Shown: positions 9,050 through 18,010 of the stretch, piece by piece
How positions within the stretch are numbered: position 1 is the stretch's first letter
Layout: each line of letters starts with the position of its first letter
IMG/VR virus record: IMGVR_UViG_3300029815_000015
Location: 1-58,350 of that record
Length of the DNA: 58,350 nt
Strand: one strand, 5' to 3'
Source of the DNA: a virus
Notes under the pieces: model-generated
The model's input: only the letters and a program-made list of their open reading frames with translations
What the model was told of the DNA's origin: nothing
Databases searched by the model: none
Position numbers and translations under genes: made by a program

Positions 9050-9778
9050 ATGAACGATTTAAGAATTTTTGAAAATTCAGAGTTTGGAGAAATCAGAACT
9101 GCAGTAAAAGACAATGAACCATTATTTTGTCTTAGAGATGTATGTAAGGTATTGGAATTGACTGCAAAAGGCGTAAAACAGAGACTTTCGGATGAGGTAA
9201 TTTCAAATTACCCCATCGAAGATACAGTTGGAAGAATCCAAAATGCATTGTTTGTTAATGAAGATGGATTGTATGACGTTATCTTGGAAAGCAGAAAGCC
9301 AAATGCGAGGGCGTTTCGTAAATGGGTAACTGGCGAAGTGCTTCCATCTATCCGCAAGAATGGCGGTTACATTGCCAATCAGGAGAATCTTACTCCGGAA
9401 CAGATTGTAGCCAACGCATTAGTTGTGGCACAGAACATCATAACTCAAAAGGACAAGCAGATTGAGGAAATGAAACCAAAGGCAAATTACTTTGACGCTT
9501 TGGTAGATAAGAAATTAAATACCAACATCCGTGACACTGCAAAGGAACTGGGTATCGGAGAAAAAGCATTTGTTTCTTTCCTTATTGAAAAAGGATATGT
9601 GTTCCGGCAGGGAAAACATAGAGACTTGCGTCCATATGCCAAATACGCAGAGAGCGGAAACGGCTTGTTTGTCTTAAAGGACAAGCACAACGAGCGGAAC
9701 GGTTGGACAGGACAGCAGATGTATGTCACTCCAAAGGGAAAAGAAACATTCCGTCTGCTTTTGGAAGAAAGGGAGTGA
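9050..9778 (+). CDS. Antirepressor (Bro-N N-terminus, KilAC-like C-terminus)
   Basis: FENSEFGEIRT.., RKWVTGEVLPSIRKNGGY (Bro-N signature). C-terminal half resembles phage antirepressor KilAC domains. SD GAAAGGAG. Confidence 0.8.
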   Translation: MNDLRIFENSEFGEIRTAVKDNEPLFCLRDVCKVLELTAKGVKQRLSDEVISNYPIEDTVGRIQNALFVNEDGLYDVILESRKPNARAFRKWVTGEVLPSIRKNGGYIANQENLTPEQIVANALVVAQNIITQKDKQIEEMKPKANYFDALVDKKLNTNIRDTAKELGIGEKAFVSFLIEKGYVFRQGKHRDLRPYAKYAESGNGLFVLKDKHNERNGWTGQQMYVTPKGKETFRLLLEERE

Positions 9779-9794
9779 GCCTATTATTCAGAAG

Positions 9795-10316
9795 ATGATA
9801 TTGGCGGTTCTGACATTTCTTCTTATTATAACAGTGGCAACAAGCGTGTTTAAGGATGTATACGCTTACGAGCCGGAATATGCACAAGAAGATACGTTAT
9901 TTATAAAAACAGAAGAACCGCAGGTAAATGTGATTCCAAATGCAAATACGAACAGTTCTTTGGAATCCGCAAAATACATAAAGCAAAAGAAAAAGTCAAA
10001 GAAGAAACACAAGGAAAGGAAAGGCGTTCAATTCTTGATAACTGCATATTGTCCTTGTTGCGATTGTTCAGAGGGGTACGGAAAGATAACTTCTACTGGC
10101 AAGATACCAAAGCAGGGAAGAACAATAGCGGTTGACCCTAAAGTCATACCGTATGGAACAAAGGTGAAAATCAAAGGTCTTGGAACATTTATAGCCGAGG
10201 ACTGCGGCGGTGCGATAAAGGGAAATAGAATTGACATATACTTTGAATCTCATGCAGACACAGAGAGATTCGGAGTACAAAGAAGAACAGTATTCATATT
10301 AGGAAAGGATGAGTGA
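9795..10316 (+). CDS. Membrane-anchored 3D-domain protein (173 aa)
   Basis: N-terminal hydrophobic helix MILAVLTFLLIITVATSVF. C-terminus ITAYCPCCDC..GRTIAVDPKVIPYGTKV..AEDCGGAIKGNRIDIY resembles the 3D (MltA/RlpA-like barrel) domain. Confidence 0.7.
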   Translation: MILAVLTFLLIITVATSVFKDVYAYEPEYAQEDTLFIKTEEPQVNVIPNANTNSSLESAKYIKQKKKSKKKHKERKGVQFLITAYCPCCDCSEGYGKITSTGKIPKQGRTIAVDPKVIPYGTKVKIKGLGTFIAEDCGGAIKGNRIDIYFESHADTERFGVQRRTVFILGKDE

Positions 10317-10318
10317 CA

Positions 10319-10450
10319 ATGATTAAGACAGATGCTAAACCGGCAACACCAGAATTGATTGCAAATTTAATTGAACTTGGTGCAATTTATGTGAAAGACG
10401 GAGAGTTTTATGCAAATGAACCGGGAACATACAAAAAAGAAAAGGAATAG
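10319..10450 (+). CDS. Hypothetical small protein (43 aa)
   Basis: ATG follows within 3 nt of the preceding TGA stop (possible translational coupling). Below the ORF-track cut-off. Confidence 0.35.
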   Translation: MIKTDAKPATPELIANLIELGAIYVKDGEFYANEPGTYKKEKE

Positions 10451-10542
10451 CACCCTTGACCGCAAATCAAACTGCTATTCCAGTAGTAAATAACTATGTG
10501 TTATTTGCGCTCATTTTATCAAATAAGGAGTGAAAAGTCAAG

Positions 10543-11151
10543 ATGAATAAAATTTTATTAAGAGGTACCGTGGCGAGTAAGATTAAATTCTCTCATTCGT
10601 CGCATGGTGAGAACTTTTATGAATTTCGCTTAAAAAGCGAAAGAAAAAGCAATAAAGAAGATGTGATAGTCTGCTTGGTTCCGGAAATCGTTCTGGAAAA
10701 GTGTTCAATCAAAGAAAACGAGAAGATTGAAGTACAAGGAGAAATTCGGACTATCAATAGGAAAAATCATAAACACATTTATGTTTTTGTGCAGGATGCT
10801 ATGTGTGGTGACGAGTTAAGTATATTGACGGACGTAAACGAAGTAAAAATGGATGCGCATATTTGCATACAACCTAATTTACGGCGCACATCCGCTTCCA
10901 ATAGAAGAGTATGTGACGTCATTGTCGCAAGCAACCGCCAATACGGCTCCGACTATATCCCATGTATAGCATGGGGAAGATATGCCACATATGTTTCAAA
11001 ATGCGATGTAGGTACTCATCTGGAAATTATCGGAAGATTGCAGAGCCGTGAATATCACAAGCAGATGGACGATGGCACAGTAGCAGTAAAAACCGCTTTT
11101 GAAGTATCAGTTTCAAAAGTCAAAGAAATCGGAAAGGAGAATGAGGAATGA
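10543..11151 (+). CDS. OB-fold ssDNA-binding-like protein with tandem halves (202 aa)
   Basis: N-terminus MNKILLRGTV.. and a second half ..IPCIAWGRYATYV..LEIIGRLQSREY resemble SSB/PriB-type OB folds. First gene of the recombination block. Confidence 0.5.
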   Translation: MNKILLRGTVASKIKFSHSSHGENFYEFRLKSERKSNKEDVIVCLVPEIVLEKCSIKENEKIEVQGEIRTINRKNHKHIYVFVQDAMCGDELSILTDVNEVKMDAHICIQPNLRRTSASNRRVCDVIVASNRQYGSDYIPCIAWGRYATYVSKCDVGTHLEIIGRLQSREYHKQMDDGTVAVKTAFEVSVSKVKEIGKENEE

Positions 11152-13178
11152 TTTTGAAATCATTGCACTTGGAAAATTTCAAAGGGATTAAAAGCCTTGA
11201 TGTAAATTTTTCCAAGAAAACAAAAATCAAAGGTCAAAATGCAAGTGGTAAAACAACAGTGTTTGACGCTTTTACATGGCTTTTGTTCAACAAGAACAGT
11301 GCCGGAGAGGAGAAATTCAATGTTCGTCCATTAGATAAGGATGGAAAACGCATTGATGATGTGGAAATTAAGGTTGTTGCTGTCTTAGATGTGGATGGCA
11401 AGGAAGTTGAACTTTCAAAGGTTCAGAAGCAGAACTGGGTTAAGAAAAGAGGTACAGATACAGTTTCTTTGCAGGGAAATGTCAATTCATTTGAGATTGA
11501 CGGCTATCCGAAGAGCGAAGCGGATTTCAAAGAATATGTTGCAGGACTTGCAAAGAGCGAGGATATGTTTAAAATGCTTACAAATCCGCAGTATTTCAAC
11601 TCTATGAAATGGAAAGACCAGAGAAAAATCTTAATGAAACTTGTTGATGATTTTTCTGACGTAGAACTGGCAAAGACAGACGAAAGGTTTTTGCCGTTAA
11701 TTAGTGAATTGGAAAAAGCACCGTCAGTTGAAGATATTCGCTCAAAATTCCAAAAGATGCTTTCGGAGTGGAAGAAAAAGCAGGCTGAAATTCCGGTCCG
11801 GATTGACGAAGCTGAAAAATCCAAAGTTGATGTAGATGCCGCAGAACAGGAACTTAAAAAATCAGACTTGGAAAGACGCATTTCTGAAATTGACGAAAAA
11901 ATTTCAGATACTAATGGTGTATTAAAGAAATTGCGAGACGAGGACATGAGATTGCAAATGGATATGTCAGGTATTTTGCAGAGCATGAACGATTCCTTGT
12001 CTGAAAAGAAAAGAAAAATCGAATCGTCCAATGCGGAAGCTACTTATGAACTGGATAATACAAGAAATAAGATTCAGATTGCGGAAAATGCAATTAAATT
12101 AAATGACAGAAGCATTTCTGATGCTGACGCCGAACGAAAGAAATTAGGCGAACAGTACAATTCTGAAAAAGCAAAGGTATTTGATGAAGCACCTTATCAG
12201 TTTGATGAATCCAAGTGGGTATTTGACGATTCTACGACTGTTTGCTCTTTGTGCGGACAGAAACTGCCAGATGATAAAATCGAGCTGATTAAGGCAGATT
12301 TTGAAGCAAGAAGGGAAAAAGCAAAGGAAGATTTATTTAGAAAACTTGCTGATGCGAAAAGGAATTTTATTGAACAGACAAATTCAAATATGGAAAATAT
12401 CAAATCCAAAGGTTTTGAACAGAAACGCATCATCGAGGATTTGACCAAAAAGAATGCAGAGTTGCAGCAGTCTATTGAATCCTTGAAAAAACGTGAGCAG
12501 GAATTACTTTCAAAGAACGAAGATTTTTCCAAACAGTTAGATGAAATTCCTAATAAAGCGGACTATACGCAGAATGAGGAATATATGAAACTGTATAAAA
12601 AAAGGGAAAAGGTTCTTGCTGAAATCGAAAAAGAAAAATCTTCCAAATACGACGAGCGTATCGAAGAGTTGCAGGATGAGAAGAAAAAAATGGAATCTGA
12701 ACTGGATTCTGTAAAAGAAATACTTGCCAAGGCGTCTATGAATGTCGAGATTGACGAGCGTATCGAAGAGTTGCAGGACGAGAAGAAAGTAATCGGACAG
12801 AAAGTTGCCAACCAAGAGCAAATTATTTATCTTTTGGAAGAATTTATTCGGTTCAAACTTAAAAAGATTTCTGAATCCATCAATAGCCATTTTGACACTG
12901 TAAATTTCAAACTTTTTGAAATGCAGTTAAATGGTGGTATGAGAGATTGTTGTGAATGTACGGTTAATGGTGTTCCGTATTCAACTTTGAATAGCGGTCA
13001 CAGAATTGTAGCCGGACTTGATATTATCCGCTCGCTTAGCGAATTGTACGGTGTGAGCGTGCCGATTTTCGTAGATAACGCCGAATCGCTGAATGAGTTC
13101 AATGTGCCGGATATGGATGCGCAGTTAATTCTTTTGAGCGTTTCAGAGGACAAGCAGTTGAAAGTGGAGGGCGTATAG
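11148..13178 (+). CDS. Rad50/SbcC-like AAA ATPase with long coiled coil
   Basis: N-terminal Walker A GQNASGKTT. About 400-aa coiled coil with a central CxxC hook (CSLCGQ). C-terminal ..IFVDNAESL (Walker B/D-loop-like). Confidence 0.75.
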   Translation: MILKSLHLENFKGIKSLDVNFSKKTKIKGQNASGKTTVFDAFTWLLFNKNSAGEEKFNVRPLDKDGKRIDDVEIKVVAVLDVDGKEVELSKVQKQNWVKKRGTDTVSLQGNVNSFEIDGYPKSEADFKEYVAGLAKSEDMFKMLTNPQYFNSMKWKDQRKILMKLVDDFSDVELAKTDERFLPLISELEKAPSVEDIRSKFQKMLSEWKKKQAEIPVRIDEAEKSKVDVDAAEQELKKSDLERRISEIDEKISDTNGVLKKLRDEDMRLQMDMSGILQSMNDSLSEKKRKIESSNAEATYELDNTRNKIQIAENAIKLNDRSISDADAERKKLGEQYNSEKAKVFDEAPYQFDESKWVFDDSTTVCSLCGQKLPDDKIELIKADFEARREKAKEDLFRKLADAKRNFIEQTNSNMENIKSKGFEQKRIIEDLTKKNAELQQSIESLKKREQELLSKNEDFSKQLDEIPNKADYTQNEEYMKLYKKREKVLAEIEKEKSSKYDERIEELQDEKKKMESELDSVKEILAKASMNVEIDERIEELQDEKKVIGQKVANQEQIIYLLEEFIRFKLKKISESINSHFDTVNFKLFEMQLNGGMRDCCECTVNGVPYSTLNSGHRIVAGLDIIRSLSELYGVSVPIFVDNAESLNEFNVPDMDAQLILLSVSEDKQLKVEGV

Positions 13179-13179
13179 A

Positions 13180-13452
13180 ATGAAAGAAGTAGCCGGAAAA
13201 CAGTTTGATGTAAGCAAAAGTATTGAAGCTCAAAGAAAGCTTTGTGAAGAAAAGGGATATCCGCACTTTGCTCCGCGTAGCGGTAGATGCTTTCGGTGTA
13301 ATAAACAAATCTACGAACCTATTGAGCATGAACGCAAAAATTTGGTTACCGGAGAAGTGACAGGGCATTATATCACCGGAATTGATGTGGAAAAAGCAGG
13401 AAAAGAGTTAGTTACAGGTTGTCCGCATTGCAGCCGGAGTTATTGCGATTGA
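13180..13452 (+). CDS. Zn-ribbon protein (90 aa)
   Basis: CFRC..CPHC cysteine pairs. ATG directly after the upstream stop. Confidence 0.55.
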   Translation: MKEVAGKQFDVSKSIEAQRKLCEEKGYPHFAPRSGRCFRCNKQIYEPIEHERKNLVTGEVTGHYITGIDVEKAGKELVTGCPHCSRSYCD

Positions 13453-13462
13453 GGAGGTAGAC

Positions 13463-13690
13463 ATGCAGTACATAAAAGCAAAATTTCCAAACAGCACAAG
13501 AAGTTATACATACCGCACAGAGGATTCTGTAAAAGCCGGAGATACCGTTGTAAATGCAAAAGGAACAAAATTGACGGTCACTGATGAATCAGTTGATATG
13601 AAGTGGGTTGAATCCTATGGTGCTGAAAAAGTAGCAGTTGTCAAGAAGTATGAAGAGCAGGCAGATGCCGTAGAAAGAGAGGAAAAATAA
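13463..13690 (+). CDS. Hypothetical protein (75 aa)
   Basis: SD GAGGAGGT. No recognisable motif. Confidence 0.55.
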   Translation: MQYIKAKFPNSTRSYTYRTEDSVKAGDTVVNAKGTKLTVTDESVDMKWVESYGAEKVAVVKKYEEQADAVEREEK

Positions 13691-13692
13691 TT

Positions 13693-14493
13693 ATGGCAGA
13701 AACAAAGAAGCAGGAAGTAGCAGTATCAGAGGAAAAGAAAGAGGTCGCACACAACAACAAAGTAACAGATTATAGTCTTGGAATTTTCGGAACATCCGAC
13801 AATTTCATCATGGCAATGCAGATGGCAAAGGCACTGGCAAGTTCCACAATCGTTCCACAGACATTTCAGAAAAACGATGCAAACTGTCTGATTGCCATTG
13901 AACAGGCACAGCGGTTAAGAGTAAGCCCACTGATGGTTATGCAAAATTTGTATGTAATCCAGGGTAGACCGTCTTGGAGTTCAAAGTTTCTGATTGCGGC
14001 AATCAATAATTCCGGCAAATTTGATATAGAATTGCAGTTTGACGAAACAAAGGACAAGAACGGAAAGCCATTCTCTTGCACCGCTTGGACTATGAAAAAT
14101 GGTCGTAGGGTTGAGGGCATGGAAGTAAACATGGATATGGCAAAGGACGAGGGCTGGCTTGGCAAGAATGGTAGCAAATGGAAAACCATGCCGCAGTTAA
14201 TGCTTCGGTATCGTGCCGCTTCTTTCTTCTCCAGTCTGAATTGTCCAGAGCTGACAATGGGGCTGTACACGAAAGAGGAAATGCAGGACAACGATTTCAA
14301 GGAATATCAAATGGAAGATTTGCAGGAACAGGTTAAAAGAGATATTGCCGAAAATGCCAACTCAAAGCCATTTATTGTCGATGTTGACGCAACAACAGTC
14401 ATTGAAGATTGTGCCGCAAAAGAACAGGATAAAGAAGTAGTTGATGATGAAGATTCCAAAGATGATAGCAATGAAATTGACTTTTTGAATTAA
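13693..14493 (+). CDS. recT: RecT-family single-strand annealing protein
   Basis: ..CLIAIEQAQRLRVSPLMVMQNLYVIQGRPSWSSKF.. and ..WKTMPQLMLRYRAASFF.. match my recollection of RecT family proteins. Acidic C-terminal tail. Confidence 0.75.
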   Translation: MAETKKQEVAVSEEKKEVAHNNKVTDYSLGIFGTSDNFIMAMQMAKALASSTIVPQTFQKNDANCLIAIEQAQRLRVSPLMVMQNLYVIQGRPSWSSKFLIAAINNSGKFDIELQFDETKDKNGKPFSCTAWTMKNGRRVEGMEVNMDMAKDEGWLGKNGSKWKTMPQLMLRYRAASFFSSLNCPELTMGLYTKEEMQDNDFKEYQMEDLQEQVKRDIAENANSKPFIVDVDATTVIEDCAAKEQDKEVVDDEDSKDDSNEIDFLN

Positions 14494-14512
14494 AAGAAAG
14501 CAAGGAATGTTT

Positions 14513-14668
14513 ATGATTATTAGTAGTGATAAAAATGTGGAAATCAAAGGAAATGAAGATGAAGTAGCAGATGATTTTGTTTTAATTGTATTTGAACTTC
14601 AAAAAATCTTTGGAAGAGAAGACCTTATATTTTTTTGCTGGAGCGATTGCCGCATCGGATTTCGCTAA
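14513..14668 (+). CDS. Hypothetical small protein (51 aa)
   Basis: Read by eye; weak SD. Fills the gap between recT and the next ORF. Confidence 0.3.
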   Translation: MIISSDKNVEIKGNEDEVADDFVLIVFELQKIFGREDLIFFCWSDCRIGFR

Positions 14669-14683
14669 GCGGGAGGAAAAATA

Positions 14684-14932
14684 ATGAGAATTATAAGCCA
14701 AAACGGAACAATTGATATGCCATACGATATGTGTTGTGTTTGGAGACAGGAAGAGGTTATTTACTGCCGTGCTATTGGAAGTGATGATAATGTCGCGATG
14801 GCTACTTATTCTTCTATCGAAAAAGCTGAAACGGTAGAAATACTACTTAGGCGAAATACTGTGCGTTTTTTAGGATTTCAAGATGCTGAAAATTTTTATT
14901 TTCAGTTCCCAACAGAGGAAGAATTTGAGTAG
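14684..14932 (+). CDS. Hypothetical protein (82 aa)
   Basis: SD GGGAGG upstream of ATG. Confidence 0.55.
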   Translation: MRIISQNGTIDMPYDMCCVWRQEEVIYCRAIGSDDNVAMATYSSIEKAETVEILLRRNTVRFLGFQDAENFYFQFPTEEEFE

Positions 14933-14935
14933 CCT

Positions 14936-15331
14936 ATGGAAGTTTCATCTTATTTAGAGTTCGTGCAGAAAGGCATGGAAGATAATATTTACAATTTCTG
15001 CAAAGAAGGAAAATGTAGCCAATGCGGTAACTGCTGTTCCAACCTCTTACCTATGAGTAGAAAGGAAGTGGATGTCATTCACAGATATATTCGTAAGAAC
15101 CATATCAAAGAGTGTAAGCACCTGCTTCCTACTGCGAATAGACCATATGATATGACTTGTCCTTTTCTTGATACAGACAAGAGTTGTGAGAAGTGCCGTA
15201 TTTATCCAGTACGACCGGAAATCTGCAAACAGTTCATTTGTGACAATGAGCAGAGGGCAAAGCACAACCGGAAGTTGTTAGGGCAGACACGAGACATTGT
15301 TGATGTAAGAGAAGAATTTTTTGGAAAGTGA
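14936..15331 (+). CDS. YkgJ-like CxxCxxCC cysteine-cluster protein
   Basis: CSQCGNCCSNLLP plus a later C..C..C cluster. ATG 3 nt after the preceding TAG stop, with no SD of its own. Confidence 0.6.
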   Translation: MEVSSYLEFVQKGMEDNIYNFCKEGKCSQCGNCCSNLLPMSRKEVDVIHRYIRKNHIKECKHLLPTANRPYDMTCPFLDTDKSCEKCRIYPVRPEICKQFICDNEQRAKHNRKLLGQTRDIVDVREEFFGK

Positions 15332-15340
15332 GGTGGTCTA

Positions 15341-15916
15341 TTGATTGAAGAATGGAAATGGGTAAAGGGTTTTGAGGGCGTATATCAAGTATCAAACCTT
15401 GGAAGATTGAAGAGTTTCAAAAAATATTCTGACGGTTATATTCTTTCTGAAAATAACGAAAAGGGAGGATACCTGAGTGTTGTCCTTTATGATTCAATTC
15501 AGAAAAAGCGACGTTGTACTAGAATTCATGTGTTGGTGGCAGAGTCTTTTATTGGAGAAATTCCTAAAGGATACCATGTTCATCACATTGACGACAACAA
15601 GCAGAATAATGTTGTTACCAACCTTGAAATTATACATCCAAAGAAACACCGAATAGAAACGCATAGACAACATCCACAAATCAGTACAGGAATGATGAAT
15701 TACAATAAGTTTGAAAGACCTAAACATATTTTACAGTATGATTCAGATGGACATTTTATCGCTGAATATGCAAATGGACAAATTGCAAGCGAACTTACAG
15801 GAATTTGTCAAAGAAATATCTTGCAGGTGGCAAACGGAGAAGAATACAAGCCGGGGAAGATAAGAAAACAAGCCGGTGGGTATATTTGGAAACTAAAGGA
15901 AAGTGAGGTGGTTTAA
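15341..15916 (+). CDS. HNH homing endonuclease (NUMOD4 + HNH_3-like)
   Basis: EEWKWVKGFEGVYQVSNLGRLKS (NUMOD4-like). HVHHIDDNKQNNVVTNLEIIHPKKH (HNH). TTG start after GAGGTGG. Confidence 0.8.
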   Translation: MIEEWKWVKGFEGVYQVSNLGRLKSFKKYSDGYILSENNEKGGYLSVVLYDSIQKKRRCTRIHVLVAESFIGEIPKGYHVHHIDDNKQNNVVTNLEIIHPKKHRIETHRQHPQISTGMMNYNKFERPKHILQYDSDGHFIAEYANGQIASELTGICQRNILQVANGEEYKPGKIRKQAGGYIWKLKESEVV

Positions 15917-16659
15917 ATGCTTATGCGATGTTGCGGTTCATCATCGGCAGGCAACAGTTACGCTTTAATCAGCAGCAGTGGTGAGATTCTTGCCATTGAA
16001 GCAGGTGTGAAATTTATGGACTTTAAGAAAATGATTGATTGGCGTATTTCTGATGTGGCTGGATGTATCGTCTCACATGAGCATGGTTAGGAGACCATGC
16101 ACGATACATAAAAGACTTTATGCAATCTGGCATTCCGGTTTATACAGCGTTTGAAACGCAGACCGCACTTGAAGCCATTGCCGGAGAGCGAACGACAGCC
16201 ATCTCGCCTAACAAATCGTGTCAAATCGGCAGTTTTACAGTGGTACCGTTCAATGTGCCGCATGACACAGAAATTGAGTGCTATGGCTATTTAATCAAGC
16301 ATGAGGAAATGGGTAAGTTACTGTTTTTAACAGACTTGGAATATTGCAAGTATAACTTCTCTGGATTGCAGGTAGAACACGTCATGTGTGAATGTAACTA
16401 CTCGATGGAATTTGTTGACCGTGACGAACCGAACTATGAACACCGTCTACGAGGGCATATGAGCCTTGATACGGCGCTTAAATTCATATTTACTAACGAT
16501 AATCCGGCATTGCGAAATGTCGTGCTAATACACTTATCAGATAAAAGCGGAAATCCAACACTTTTCAAACAAAAGGTGGTAGAAACGCTTAAATATGACA
16601 CAGAAGTTTATGTTGCAGAGAATGGTTTAGAGGTTGATTTTAACCTTTGTCCGTTCTGA
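15917..16659 (+). pseudogene. MBL-fold metallo-hydrolase interrupted in the HxHxDH motif
   Basis: Frame A (15917-16090) ends ..SHEHG-TAG. Frame B continues GDHARYIKDF.. to 16659. 5 extra nt lie between GGT and GAC. Confidence 0.7.
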
Positions 16660-16670
16660 AAGGAGAAAAT

Positions 16671-16910
16671 ATGAAAGTATATGAGTTGATTCAGGAATTG
16701 TCACAGTTTAAGGCTGATACAGAAGTGGAGTTCCATGTAAAAGCGACATTCGATACCGATATTGAAGCGGAATTTGACCGAGACAATGAGGATGACACGC
16801 AGGAAGTAACTGTAACCGCAGAATTTGATGACGATGTCGTTTTGGAAGAAATTGAGGATAACGAGAACAGCATATATCATCCGAATGTCACTATCAATCT
16901 TGAATATTAA
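16671..16910 (+). CDS. Acidic hypothetical protein (79 aa)
   Basis: SD AAAGGAG 7 nt upstream of ATG 16671. Asp/Glu-rich. Confidence 0.55.
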   Translation: MKVYELIQELSQFKADTEVEFHVKATFDTDIEAEFDRDNEDDTQEVTVTAEFDDDVVLEEIEDNENSIYHPNVTINLEY

Positions 16911-16928
16911 GGAGGAGCAGAGCAATCA

Positions 16929-17345
16929 ATGAATAAAGTAATTTTAATTGGAAGATTAACAAGAGACCCAGAAATCAGATACACGCAGGGAGAAAATTCA
17001 ATGGCAGTAGCAAGATTTACTCTTGCGGTAGACCGCAGATTCAAAAGAGATAATCAACCTACGACTGATTTTATAAGTTGTATTTGCTTTAGAAAAACGG
17101 CTGAATTTGTTGAAAAATATTGTAAAAAAGGAACAAAGTTGGTGGTTGAGGGCAGTTGGCAGACTGGAAATTACACCAATAAGGATGGAGATAAGGTATA
17201 TACAAACGATTGCCTTGTTGATAATTGCGAATTTGCTGAAAGCAAGTCAACGGCAGAACAGAATCAGAAAAAGGATGATAACACTGGAAATGATGATTTT
17301 ATGAACATTCCGGATGGTATTGAGGATGGATTACCTTTTAATTAG
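16929..17345 (+). CDS. ssb: Single-stranded DNA-binding protein
   Basis: MNKVILIGRLTRDPEIRYT..ARFTLAV.. OB-fold core and an acidic C-terminal tip DGIEDGLPFN. Confidence 0.9.
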   Translation: MNKVILIGRLTRDPEIRYTQGENSMAVARFTLAVDRRFKRDNQPTTDFISCICFRKTAEFVEKYCKKGTKLVVEGSWQTGNYTNKDGDKVYTNDCLVDNCEFAESKSTAEQNQKKDDNTGNDDFMNIPDGIEDGLPFN

Positions 17346-17404
17346 AGCCTATGGCGGTTGCCAAGCGTGACCGCCAAATAATAAGCAGAAAGGAAGTGAT
17401 TTAG

Positions 17405-18010
17405 ATGGTTATTTTTGAAGATGAGGGGCAGCAGAGCGGAAAGCATTTGAAAAAACATCATTACTGGAGCGATTCCAACATTGAGGTTAAAAGAGTGCCG
17501 CTTCCGGTTGGTGATTACATAATTGCTAACGAGAAATCTATTGATGTTATTTCACGTAAGGAAGATAGAGGAATGAAAGTTAAAAAGATGGATTTCCTTG
17601 GAACTTATGATGTATCTGTAGATACTAAGAAAGATATGCAGGAGATTGTAGGAAACATCTGCGGACGTCAGCATGGAAGATTCCGTGATGAGTGTATTCT
17701 TGCTCAAAACAACGGAATCAAACTTTATGTATTGGTAGAAAACGAAGATGGAATCAAATCCATTGAAGATGTTTTTAAGTGGAACAATCCACGACTTCAC
17801 CGATATAACAAAATTGCTTATATGCACCGGATTGGCAAATGGCAAACAACAAAATTGCCAAAATCAAGACCTACCGCCGGTTCAACGTTGGCAAAGGCAA
17901 TGATTACTATGGAGAAGAAATACGGCGTTAAGTTTGTTTTTTGTTCGCCAAGAAATGCAGGAGAAAAAGTTGTTGAATTATTAAGCAAAGGAGTTGAAAC
18001 GAATGGCTGA
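17405..18010 (+). CDS. ERCC4/Mus81-type nuclease (possible junction resolvase)
   Basis: VGDYII ... VDTKK ... pattern resembling the ERCC4 GDY..ERK motifs. Position in the replication block. Confidence 0.5.
   Translation: MVIFEDEGQQSGKHLKKHHYWSDSNIEVKRVPLPVGDYIIANEKSIDVISRKEDRGMKVKKMDFLGTYDVSVDTKKDMQEIVGNICGRQHGRFRDECILAQNNGIKLYVLVENEDGIKSIEDVFKWNNPRLHRYNKIAYMHRIGKWQTTKLPKSRPTAGSTLAKAMITMEKKYGVKFVFCSPRNAGEKVVELLSKGVETNG

Noticed and set aside
14930-14938. Possible TAG reassignment or readthrough: many genes end in TAG and several next ORFs are in the same frame (14932, 24691, 27017, 29955, 51637, 52993, 53443)
   Set aside because: No large gene contains an in-frame TAG. Downstream ORFs mostly have their own SD and ATG. 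The in-frame fraction is not far from the one-third expected by chance. No suppressor tRNA with a CUA anticodon was seen.
17352-17374. Hairpin GGCGGT..ACCGCC after ssb, resembling the one at 37793-37822, considered as a dispersed repeat family
   Set aside because: There are only two copies sharing about 8+7 nt of stem sequence with different loops. That is too little to call a repeat family by eye.
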